Shown piece after piece: positions 51,516 to 63,107 of a DNA stretch of 64,000 bases (position 1 is the stretch's first letter; each line of letters begins with the position of its first letter). The stretch comes from Pristiophorus japonicus (taxonomy: Eukaryota), in contig NC_091992.1 of the NCBI RefSeq assembly GCF_044704955.1, positions 82,646,001-82,710,000 of the forward strand. The letters run 5' to 3'. A program made the position numbers and the translations under genes. The notes below the pieces were generated by a model that did not search any database, had not been told where the DNA came from, and saw only the letters and a program-made list of their open reading frames with translations.

Positions 51516-51870
51516 AAGAACATAAGAAATAGGAGCAGGAGTAGGTCATACAGCCCCTCGAGCCTGCTCCGCCATTTAATACGATCATGACTGATCCAAT
51601 CATGGACTCGGCTCCACTTCCCTGCCCGCTCCCCAAAACCCCTTATCCCCCTATCATTTAAGAAACTATCTATTTCTGTCTTAAATTTATTCAATGACCC
51701 AGCTTCCACAGCTCTCTGAGGCAGCGAATTCCACAGATTTACAACCCTCAGAAGAAATTTCTCCTCTTCTCAGTTCTTCTAAGATCATGCCCTCTAGTTC
51801 TAGTCTCCCCTATCAGTGGAAACATCCTCTCTGCATCCACCTTGTCAAGCCCCCTCATAATCTTACGCAT
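51516..51870 (-). mobile_element. CR1 3' fragment
   Basis: aagaacataagaaataggagcagg tail plus the ORF2 C-terminus (EAGSLNKFKTEID). Confidence 0.8.
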
Positions 51871-52227
51871 TTCTGCAATACTATGTTCTTGTTATGAGAG
51901 GCTTCTAGTGATTTGTGTAGACAAAGGTTTTTCTAGTAGTAGATAAGTACTGTATCATTTCAATTCACTTTGTAGGTCCAATGATTTTAAGAAAAAATTC
52001 ATTTAGAAAATTTAGTTTCAGCACCTCTGGACATCTCCCTCCAAAAACACAATCTTGTGCTTTACAGTGTTCAGTACTTCTCTGAACAGAACTCTACGTT
52101 AGAGAGAGTTTTTGTGATCCTTCCTTACTGCTTTTTAATGGGAGTGGTCTAGCAAGTTGGAAGTGACAATGAAAGGATCCCATCCCATGTCCTGTAGTTT
52201 TCAGGTCTCCTCAAATAGCAGGATGCA

Positions 52228-55200
52228 GGAGAGGAGGAAAGAACAAAAGGGAAGGTCTGTGACAGGATGGAAGGCAGAAGAGATTAAGAAACAAAAGGGA
52301 TGATGGTGCAAGGCAAAAGGAGATGGTAATGGGACAAGTTAAGAAACAAAAGATGATTCCAAATAGGATGGAAATGGCAGAATCATCTTGCCATGGGAAA
52401 GAGAAAAAAACTAGGTGCAGGGGTTACGATCTGAAATTGTTGAACTCGATGTTGAATCCAGAAGGCTGTAAAGTGGTAAACGAAAGGATGAGACGCTGAT
52501 CCTCGAGCTTACGGTGAGCTTCATTGGGTGACACAGTTAATTCAGAAACTAGGGTCCTGAACTTAAGGAAAGGTAACTTCAATGGTTTGAGGCGTGAATT
52601 GGCTAGAATAGACTGGCAAATGATACTTAAAGGGTTGATGGTGGATAGGCAATGGCAAAATTTAAAGATCACATGGATGAACTTCAACAACTGTACATCC
52701 CTGTCTGGAGTAAAAAATAAAACGGGGAAGGTGGCTTAACCGTGGCTAACAAGGGAAATTAGGGATAGTGTTAAATCCAAGGAAGAGGCATATAAATTGG
52801 CCAGAAAAAACAACAAACCTGAGGACAGGAAAAAATTTAGAATTCAGCAGAGGAGGGCAAAGGGTTTAATTAAGAGGGGGAAATAGAGTATGAGAGGAAG
52901 CTTGCCGGGAACATAAAAACTGACTGCAAAAGTTTCAATAGATACGTGAAGAGTAAAGGATTAGTGAAGACAAACGTAGACCCCTTGCAGTCAGATTCAA
53001 GTGAATTTATAATGGGGAACAAAGAAATGGCAGACCAGTTGAACAAATACTTTGGTTCTGTCTTCACAAAGAAAGACACAAATAACCTTCTGGAAGTACT
53101 AGAGGACCGAGGGTCTAGTGCGAAGGAGGAACTGAAGGATATCCTTATTAGGCAGGAAAATGATGGGATTGAATACCGATAAATCCCTAGGGCCTGATGA
53201 TCTGCATCCCAGAGTACTTAAGGGAGTGACCCTAGAAATAATGGTGCATTGGTGATCATTTTCCAACAGTCTATCAACTCTGGATCAGTTCTTATGGACT
53301 GGAGGGTAGCTAATGTAACACCACTTTTTTTTTTAAAGGGAGGGAGAGAGAAAACGGGTAATTATAGACCGATTAGCCTGACATCAGTAGTGGGGAAAAT
53401 GTTGGAATCAATTATTAAGGATGAAATAGCAGTGCATTTGGAAAGCATTGACAGAATCGGTCCAAGTCAGCATGGATTTATGAAGGGAAAATCATGCTTG
53501 ACAAATCTTCTGGAATTTTTTGATATAACTAGTAGAGTGGACAAGGGAGAACCAGTGGATGTGGTGTATTTCGACTTTCAAAAGGCTTGACAAGGTCCCA
53601 CACAAGAGATTGGTGTGCAAAATCAAAGCACATGGTATTGGGGGTAATGTACTGGCGTGGATAGAGAACTGGTTGGCAGACAGGAAGCAGAGTCGGGATA
53701 AACGGGTCCTTTTCAGAATGGCAGGCAGTAACTAGTGGAGTGCTGCAGGGCTCAGTGCTGGGACCCCAGCTCTTTACAATATACATCAGTGATTTGGATG
53801 AAGGAATTGAGTGTAATATCTCCAAGTTTGCAGATGACACTAAACTGGGTGGCGGTGTGAGCTGTGAGGGGAACGCTAGGAGACTGCAGGGTGACTTGGA
53901 CAGGTTAGGTGAGTGGGCAAATGCATGGCAGATGCAGTATAATGTGGATAAATGTGAGGTTATCCACTTTGGGGGCAAAAACGCGAAGACAGACTATTAT
54001 CTGAATGGCGGCAGATTAGGAAAAGGGGAGGTGCAACGAGACCTGGGTGTCATGGTTCATCTTTGCTGTACCTGTATGCCAACTTTGAAAGTTGGCTTAC
54101 AGGTACAGCAGGCGGTGAAGAAGGCAAATGGTATGTTGGCCTTCATAGTTAGGGGATTTGCGTATAGGAGCAGGGAGGTCTTACTGCAGTTGTACAGGGC
54201 CTTGGTGAGGCCTCACCTGGAATATTGTGTTCAGTTTTGGTCTCCTAATCTGAGGAAGGACGTTCTTGCTATTGAGGGAGTGTAGCGAAGGTTCACCAGA
54301 CTGATTTCTGGGATGGCAGGACTGACATATGAGGAGAGACTGGATCAACTGGGCCTTTATACATTGGAGTTTAGAAGGATGAGAGGGGATCTCATAGAAA
54401 CATATAAGATTCTGACGGGACGGGACAGGTTGGATGCGGGTAGAATGTTCCCGATGTTGGGGAAGTCCAGAACCAGGGGACACAGTCTTAGGATAAGGGG
54501 TAAGCCATTTAGGACTGAGATGAGGAGAAACTTCTTCACTCAGAGTTGTTAACCTGTGGAATTCCCTGCCGCAGAGAGTTATTGATATCAGTTCATTGGA
54601 TATATTCAAGAGGGAGTTAGATATGGCCCTTACGGCTAAGGGGATCAAGGGGTATGGAGAGAAAGCAGGAAAGGGGTACTAAGGGAATGATCAGCTATGA
54701 TCTTATTGAATGGTGGTGCAGGCTCGAAGGGCCGAACGGCCTACTCCTGCACCTATTTTCTCTGTTTCTATGTAACAGTGTAGGAGACCGTGGACGGAGA
54801 TCAGAGTGGGAGTGTAACGGAGAATTAAACGGGCAGGCGACTGGAAGTTCGGGGTCATGCTTATGGACTAAACAGAGATGTTCTGCAAAGCGGTCACTCA
54901 ATCTGCATTTGGTCTCCCCAATGTAGAGGCGACCACATCGTGAGCAGTGACTACAGTATACTAAATTGAAAGAAGTACAGGTGTTTGGGGCCCTGGACAG
55001 TGGGAAGAGAGGAGGTGCTGGGATGATTGAGGAGTGGACCAAGGTAGCGGTGGGGGGGAGGGGGAGGTCAGGGGGTGGGGTGGAGGTCAGGGGGTGGGGG
55101 GGAGGTGGAGGTCAGGGGGAGTGGGAGGGGGAGGGGGGAAGGGGAGGAGGGGAGAGTCCTGGCCGAAGAAGTGGGCACGGAGACAAAAGCATCGTGCCAA

Positions 55201-55600
55201 GCTTGAAATTGAGGTGGGGGCATAAGAGGATGAGGACTGATCATTTGGGGTCAGAGAGGGGATCGTGAAAACACAGCAGGGGGTGAGATTGGAAGAAGGG
55301 ATGGGATGAGAGGGGAGTGAAGGGGAAGAAGGTTCCAGAGGGGCATTGGTGTCCAAGAGTTGTTGAAGGTTACGATCCTTTCCACCTGAAAGGAAGGGAA
55401 AAAGTTTTTTGTTGAAGCGCCAGATGAGATGAAGGATGAAATGGAATTGCGGGCCAGGACGGCTCCAAGATAATGATTCGTTGCTGCTGGAGAGAGATTG
55501 AGAGCATGAGTGGCATTGAGGTGTGGGTGGTGTCATTATTTTCCTATTGTGCAGCTCCTCAGTCTTCACAATCTGTACTTGCAGCTCTGAAGATATTTTG
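52228..55600 (-). mobile_element. Penelope-like element fragment split by a CR1 insertion (Penelope parts 52228-52526 and ~54774-55600)
   Basis: NEAHRKLEDQRLI...QPSGFNIEFNNF on the left; NLVYCSHCSRCGRLYIGETKCRLSDRFAEHL (GIY-YIG) and RCFCLRAHFF on the right; similar to 14945-16205. Confidence 0.8.
52528..54772 (+). mobile_element. 5'-truncated CR1 LINE (same family as 10684-14935) nested in Penelope
   Basis: Frameshifted ORF2 fragments nearly identical to the 10785-12521 protein; ends in the tttctatg tail. Confidence 0.93.
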
Positions 55601-55897
55601 ATCATTTGTCAGTTTTTTGCTCTGTGACTTACTGAAACTAAATATTACAGAAATATAACCGTTAACGTCGCAAGAAGGTGTGATCAGTGAGAATCCTCTA
55701 CTCCTCCAATATTGCAGTTTATAAGATATACTGTGTCGAAATTACTCCAAAGGACCATTGTTCTGTTGGATTACTGGTGCCTCATAAAAGAACACTATGC
55801 CATCACATGTGTAAGGATTTCAGATAGCCAAGAGTAATGAAAACTCAGGAAATGTACAGTTGACAATGCATTATAATTTCTATTAATGGACTATTCA

Positions 55898-56105
55898 GGG
55901 GACTGGTTGGTGCAGTGGCCTATAACTCTGGGCCCTGTGATCGAATCCAGCATAAACTGATGGGATGAAAGTCTCCTGTGCTTACTGATTGCAAGGGTCC
56001 GATATGGAATGCCTTTGGGCAGTCTCTCGTTCCTGGTGCGGATGAGCCCACAGCACACAACCATCTCTACTTTAGGACTAATTGACAATCTCACTCAGAA
56101 GCAAC
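55898..56105 (+). mobile_element. LF-SINE-like tRNA-derived SINE fragment
   Basis: Collinear similarity to the recalled LF-SINE consensus: GGGACTGG.TGG..CAG, TCGAATCCAGC, GAAAGTC, GTTCCT.GTG, CCACA.CACA.AACCA, ACTAATTG.CA. Confidence 0.55.
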
Positions 56106-56130
56106 AGACGGCACATGTGATAAATTATGA

Positions 56131-56300
56131 TTCATCGTTGCTGGGTCAAAATCCTCCCTAACAGCTCTGGGAGTACTTTCACCACACGGACTGCAACAGT
56201 TCAAGAAGGCGGCTCACCACCACCGTCTCTGGCAACTAGGATGGGCAATAAATGCCTTGCCAGTGATGCCCATATCTCGAGAATGAATCAATTAAAAAAA
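56131..56300 (+). mobile_element. LINE 3' tail fragment
   Basis: Same tail as 37865-38130. Confidence 0.7.
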
Positions 56301-56369
56301 ATAAATTGCACTGGTCTCCAACAAACTCATCATTCCATAGCTACCTGCCATTGTCATTATATCTTGCAT

Positions 56370-56980
56370 AAGAACATAAGAAATAGGAGCAGGAGTTGAC
56401 CATTTGGCCCCTCGAGCCTGCTCCGCCATTCAATATGATCATGGCTGATCTGATCTTGGGCTCAGTTCCACTTCCCTGCCCGCTCCCCATAACCCTTCAC
56501 TCCCTTATCGCTCAAAAATCTGTCTACCTCTGCCTTTAATATATTCAATGGCCCAGGCTCCACAGCTCTCTGGGGCAGAGAATTCTACAGATTTCCCACC
56601 CTCAGAGAAGAAATTCTTCCTCATCTCAGTTTTAAATGGGCAACCCCTTATTCTGAAACTATATCCCCTAGTTCTAGATTTCCTACGAGTGGAAACATCC
56701 TCTCTGCATCTACCTTGTAGAGCCCCCTCAGTATCGTGTATGTCTCAATAAGATCACCTCTCATTCTTCTAAACTCCAATGAGTATAGGCCCAACCTGCT
56801 CAGCCTTTCTTCATAAGTCAACCCCTTCATCTCGGGAATCAATCTAGTGAATCTTCTCTGAACAGCCTCCAATGCAAGTATATCCTTCCTTAAATACGGA
56901 GACCAAAACTGTACACAGTACTCCAGGTGTGGCCTCAACAATACCTTGTATAGTTGTAGCTGGACTTCTCTACTCTTACA
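56370..56980 (-). mobile_element. CR1 3' fragment (second subfamily)
   Basis: ORF 56648-56941 (LRPHLEYCVQFW...RMRGDLIE) and aagaacataagaa tail. Confidence 0.88.
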
Positions 56981-58036
56981 TCTTGAACCATATATGTTAT
57001 AATATATATTATATATATATATATATATTTTCCAGTTAGAGATGATTCACACACTGACGGATGAAAAGTAAATTATGCTTTTCTGAGGGGACTGAGGACT
57101 ATACTTGGGGCAGAGTAGAGGGCATTTTATTCTGCGTCTGACCATGGTATACTGTATGCCCAGAATATTCCATTCCCCAGTAATATCACAAAACTCTCAA
57201 ACAAAAGTAATTTGTTTTGAAAATTGGTGAAGCTATTGCCTTCTAACTTATTGCTGTGAAATGAGTTTATTCTGGGAACATCCCGATTCTGCCTATCGGG
57301 AAACGATGGCTTCTGTAATTAAACTGAGATCAATATCCGAGTCTGAAGAGAGTATTCTTTTGGGAGAAGGTTATATGAGCTGTGTTTGCCTTGCCTGCTG
57401 TCATATCTCCTCTTACTATTTTGTTTGCTCACTTACTAGGACAAAGCTCTGAAAGTTTCAGTAAAAGGGGACAGCAGGTGACAGTGAAACTGAGGCTCAA
57501 GTCTGCTGAACTGTAAGTAGATTCAGTCTATCTAAATAATTAATTTTGCACAACATGATGTTTCTTTTAATGTAGCAGCAATGCCGACCTGGAAATGCAG
57601 CATTTGTGGCTTGTAACCCATGCTTGTCTGTTACGTTTCACGCAGCCAATCTATTTGTGTGGCACGGTGTTGGAAGTTAATGAAGCTGTTATTTTCTCAG
57701 ACTCTTGCCAATAAACCTACTGATTTCTGCAATTAACATGATAATGAACCCCCTAAAGATGAATCCTAAATCTAGGGCAAAACCTGGAGACATCAGCCTG
57801 CAGTAGTTCTGGAGAGGTGCATGCACCTCTTCCTGTGTGTAGCACAGGGAGTACCTCATCGAAATAGAAGGCCTCTTCAGTCACCTGGGTCACATACAGG
57901 AAGGTGGGCGGAGTTCCATGGGAGAGGAGGTGCTAATGATGCAGCCAGTGTGCTTTGACACTGTCTTTTAGGAAGATAGCTGGTAGATTTTATTATTTAC
58001 TTAATGTCTTTTATTTATTTCTTCCAAATTTGTGCA

Positions 58037-58465
58037 TCAGCTGTGGCTCAGTGGAAGCACACTCATCTCCGAGTCAGAAAGTCATGGGTTCAAGTTCTAC
58101 TCCAAAGACTTAAGCACACAATCGTGACTGACACTTCAGTGCAGTACTGACGGAGTGCTGCACTGTCGGATGAGACGTTAAACCAAGGCCCTGTCTACCC
58201 TCTCAGGTGAACAGGAAAGATCCCATGGAGCTATTTGAAAAAGAGCTGGGGGGGTTATCCTCAGTATCCAGACCAATATTTATCCCTCAACCAACATCAC
58301 TACAACAGATTATCTGGTCATTTATTCCATTGCTGTTTGTGGGAGCATGCTGTGCGCAAATTGGCTGCCGGGTTTCCTACATTACAACATGACTACATTT
58401 CAAAAGTTGGCTGTAAAGCACTTTGGGAGGTCTTGCGGTTGTGAATGGCACTATATAAATGCAAG
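58037..58465 (+). mobile_element. Near full-length tRNA-derived Deu-domain SINE
   Basis: A box TGGCTCAGTGG, B box GGTTCAAGT; Deu core GGATGAGACGTTAAACC.AGG...AAAGATCCCATGG (recalled from AmnSINE1/SacSINE1); L2-like tail CTATATAAATGCAAG. Confidence 0.8.
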
Positions 58466-59135
58466 TTTTTATTTGTTGCAGAAATAAGCCTAATTCTGAG
58501 TGCAAACATTCGGTTTAATTTTTTTACCTGCACAAAGTGATTTGCTCACTGCTGATTTCACCCAATTTTTGTTGTTTTTTACTTTAACTCAGGAAAAATG
58601 AAATCTGAAAGTCAGAAGGTCACTTAATGAATAGAGTTTTAGGCAGTGGTGGCTTTGGTCAGCAGCGAAGATATGATAAATGGAACTCCTGGTACTTTAC
58701 TTTCTGCTCCGCCATCCCAGTTAACAGATTGGAGCTATACGGTTTTGGAGGTGCTCACTGCACCGAGCTCCTTCATTTCAGGAGGAAATAGATCCGCTTA
58801 AAAACCCCAGGTGTCGAAAGATGGGACGAGGGTTTGAGTTCACATCCATATTTGTGTTGCACAGAGAGTACAACAACAACTTTTAAAAATTTGTTCATGG
58901 GATGTGGGCTAGCATTTATTGCCCATCCCTAATTGTCCTTCAAATGGTGGTGGTGAGCTGTCTTCTTGACAACTGAGTGCCTTTCTAGGTCATTTCAGAG
59001 GGCAGTTAAATGTCAACCACATTGCTGTGGGTCTGGAGTCACGTATAGGCCAGATCGGGTAAGGACGGCAGATTTCCTTCCCTAAAGGACATTAGTGAAC
59101 CAGATGGATTTTTACGACAATCCGGTAATTTCATG

Positions 59136-62100
59136 GGGCTAGAATTTCCACTGGGATCGCCGGATTACCGCCCAGTTACCGCCTGTTTTTACCAAAAAGG
59201 CGAATTAACTGCCTGTTTGACGCCGGTTTTACTTCCGATTATCGGCGGTGTTAATTTCGCCCTACGATTAACATCGCCAGCCCACGTTTCTCGCCCAAAA
59301 ATCGTTGAAAATTCCTCTGCAGCGCTAATTTTCCTAAACATGTTGTTTTTGCCGCCGCTATCACTCAGGATTGGCACCGCCCACTTTTTAGGTACTTGCC
59401 TTGCTTTGTCCCAGCGTTATGCCTCCATTTTGGTTTTTTTTCTCTGTGGGGGGGGGAAAAGGCTGCATTTTTAGTTTATCTTTCACTCCCAATGTATTTG
59501 AACGAGGACAAGAAGAAACAGGGGCATTTGATCAGAAACAAACTATAATCAGTCGGCCCAGCAATCACGAGGCCTCAGAAAATATAACATTCAACAAATA
59601 AGCAAATGATCCAAGATCCCCTCCTCCACAGATAACAAGAAAGGTCCAATTTGGGAGGTGTTTTTCGAATAGTGCATGAAAACAATTGGCGAAACTGTCT
59701 AATTTATGGCAACGCTCCACATAAAACAAGGGCTCCGAAACAATTGCAACGTCAATACCTTTCCATCAGTTTCACAATTTTCAGATAGTATCTTTAGAAC
59801 TTTTCCCACGAGTGTCTCGTTCAGTAAAATTCTATTGCTTCAAAATATTTCCTGAATAAAGATAAGTTACTACCATGCAACTGCACCCCCCCCCTCTTTC
59901 CCCCCCCCCCCCCCCCACTTTTTCTGTTCTGAAAATGTTGGATCTTGCTGGAGTATGGCCCCGGGGGTACAGTGAACCGTCTACTGCCTCAGCCAAGAGG
60001 ACATTCTCATGTCTAAGCCTCGATAGTCAGTGTTGACAGGCTATTTGAGCATTGGTGGGTGGAGAGGAGTTACTGGACACGAGTTGAAGCCTTGACAAAT
60101 GTCAATCTGCAGATAGTTGCCAGAAAATACTAGACCTTATGGAAAAAAAGAAAAATGTTTAAACTTATTTTTCAGTTCCAGTGACAAGCACACATCCAAA
60201 GCACAATAAACTATCTTTGCAAATTTTCACTGACTCTTGCGTTTTTCCCACATTTTCTGTTGTATTTTGGAATTTTTCACCCCACTGGTCGTGGGTTGGT
60301 TTCTAATAAATGCATTAAAAACTTAAGATGTGGCAAACAGTAAAACCCAAGAGTACAATTACCAGGGACACCGACAATCACCCATTTAAAGTTGTGTTAG
60401 CTAAAATTTGTCATATGGGACATATTTTCCCCTAGGAAATGCCTATGTTTAGATTATATCTATATATCAGGAAAATTTAAATTATAAGACAACTATGGGT
60501 CACTACAGTTAAGAGATTCAATTAGTTTGCAGGCAATGTATTTTTTTTAGTGATTTTCATTCATTTTGAATAATTTCTGGAGTAGTTTTGAATATATTGT
60601 GGATAATTGCTTTAAAACAAATGGGGCCTGTAGTTTCAATGCCAATATTGCTGACCCTTACAATGATTGTTACTCATTATTTCCCAGACGTGAGTGAGAC
60701 ACAGTCCAAGAATGGTTTAGTTGAATGCATTTTTTTAATAAAAGTTGTAATTTCTATTAAACTTTAACAATGTAATAAAATAAAATAATTCTTCGGAATG
60801 AAAATTTTACAAAATAAAACATTAACAACAGTAAAAACAACACTCAAACGTGGAGGGTTCCACGTTTCTACATGTGGCCACCTTTCCCAACACCTTTCCT
60901 CCCCAATCTCCCCCTGAACTTGGCCCTGGCCACGTCGGGACCAGTATGTCGTGCAACAGAGCACTTCGAGCGTGACTGCTGAGGGGGGTGGGGGATGTGC
61001 TATGTGTGGGGGATCTGGAGAAGCTGGGGGTGCTGAGGACCCATTTTCAAAGTCGAAAGAAACTAGTTCTTCCCAACGATCAGGTGCTGTCACCATTGAT
61101 GGTGTCCCATATCCCACGACCGTTAATTGCCGCATAGCATTTGGATTGGCGGTCTGGGTATTCTCCCTCACCACTGCAATCAGCTCCGCCATGTCCTCCA
61201 GTTGACGGGCTGCTAAAGCGGCGATGTTTGCAGACAGCCCAGCAATGGCCTGGAGGAGCTCTTGACTTAAGTCGATGCTCATCCTAGACAGTCCCACCAT
61301 GTCCAGGTTTGCATCTGCCTGTCTCGCAGCATTCCCACCTTGCTGGATCAGCCGCCGCGGGTTCATCATCGGGGTCGGTGTGCGCCGTTGCATGCCGCTT
61401 GGTCCCGTTTCCTCGGACCGGAATCCAAGAAAGTTGGATTCCAACGAGGATCTGGTGGCCGCAGGTAAAAAGGACCCTTCAAGTCCCGCCACCCCTCCCT
61501 CCTCCTGCACCACTACCGTGACAAAGTTTTGAGGAGTGTTCTCCTCCTGCTCCTCAACCATCTGTTCCAGCACCGTCTCTTCCATCCTCATTTCCTCCAA
61601 TGACTCCTCTCTGGGAGGGGCAGGCGGCTCCTCCTGTGCAACTGTAAAAACATAACATTAATGGTTGGTGACGGGAGGGGAGGGGGGGTCAGAGGTAACA
61701 TGAGAGCAATTCATTTTGCGCAGGCTGATGTGGAGAACAAACATATTATCGAGAATCATTACATGAGACTATCATAAGCAAAGTAGACAGAAACTACATG
61801 ACATAACAAAGCTCGAGTCCCAGTTTGTTGCTTTCCAAGTGGTAGTGTGTGATCAACCAAAAATTCATGTCAGAACTAACAACATTTCGTGCTCCCAGTA
61901 TTACATTATATTCTACATTATATTGACATAACATTGAATTACATGACCGCAGTACAGCCCAGGGATTATGCAGACTTACCCTCCATGAGAACTGGTTCGG
62001 CACCAACACATGAGGCGGTGCGATCATATGCTCCAGTCAGGTCTGCAGCGCGTTCTTCTTGATCTGTTAATTCAAGAATTTTGGCGGACCTCCGCCCGTT

Positions 62101-63107
62101 TTGCGGAGCTCCGCCCTATTGCCGGCTAATTTTTTTCTGCAAAGGTGACAAAAATATGTGTAAACTAATTTCACAGCTATTAATACCGGACCCACACACA
62201 TACACATATACATATATAGGTAGACATCCCCAATTAGCCGTCCCCAGTCCTTTTCGTCAACGAGTGCACCGTTTAAGTTCTGTTAGCACGCAAGTGTTGC
62301 ATGACGAACACATGAAAATACAGAGAACGAACCCATGAAAATGCAGAGGACTAACACAATGAGATCACTGATGGGAAATAAAAATGTCATCAAGCTTTAC
62401 AACATAATAAAATGTGGCACTACCTAAAAGTAATTAGTCAGTGCATGATAAAAGTTATTACTTGCTCTCGCAGACCCAACGATGTCATTCCACCGTTTGC
62501 GGCACTGGTTCGGCCCCGCATCACGGGCGTGACGGACAACACCGCCTCAGCAATCTCTCGCCATAACCTCTGATACACATTTGGTGCCGGTTTTCCTCGC
62601 CCACCCCCTGTGTTAATTGATCCCAGCGGGCCTTCACTTCGTGGACCAACAATTCCTGGGCTTCTTCGGAGAAATGAACGGCCCTCCTACTGCCATCTAC
62701 CTCCCCCCTCCACTTCCAACTTATTTATACTGATTTTTATATTTAAATATTTTTTAGGATGTACTATTATTAAAAGTTATATTATCAATTAATAATCTTC
62801 CAAATCCTTTTATATACAGATCTTAAATAACTCCCCTCTCTCTCAATTGATCCCCACCTCTGCACTCTCAAAATGTCAGACACTCTGTCTTCTCTGCGCA
62901 TGCGCAGGGTCACCTTTGACCCCGAAATCACGGGAGAAAACAGATCACCGACTCCAGTCCGCTACCGCTACACACCGCCGCCGCCGGGAATCGACCATCG
63001 AAAATCGCGGGAGAGCGCAGCAGCGGTATTCCGTCGGTTCAAAAGACGCAACCGCCGGAATACCGCTAAGAATCGGACGGCAGCGATCTCAATGGAAATT
63101 CTAGCCC
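59136..63107 (-). mobile_element. PIF/Harbinger DNA transposon derivative (Myb/SANT gene retained, transposase not seen)
   Basis: 25-bp TIRs GGGCTAGAATTTCCA(C/T)TG(G/A)GATCGC (2 mismatches); 3-bp TSD ATG (59133-59135, 63108-63110); GC-rich subterminal regions. Confidence 0.88.
60870..62720 (-). pseudogene. Spliced, frameshifted Myb/SANT-like (NAIF1/MSANTD-type) gene of the Harbinger element
   Basis: Exon ~62720-62466: RRAVHFSEEAQELLVHEV...LWREIAEAV...QCRKRWNDIV. Exon 62136-61980: NRAELRKTGGGPP...EERAA, with tttgcag acceptor and GTAAGT donor. Exon from 61641 (ttttacag) runs into the acidic/coiled-coil ORF 60764-61600. Confidence 0.75.

Noticed and set aside
55045-55160. G-run tract (G-quadruplex potential)
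   Set aside because: Low-complexity expansion within a Penelope fragment; no evidence of function.
58037-58110. tRNA gene
   Set aside because: A/B boxes are followed by a SINE body and LINE-like tail; this is a SINE head (likewise 63170-63260).
59470-59855. Captured protein-coding exon inside the Harbinger element
   Set aside because: All three frames after the minus-strand acceptor hit stops within about 10 codons; at most a non-coding exon.
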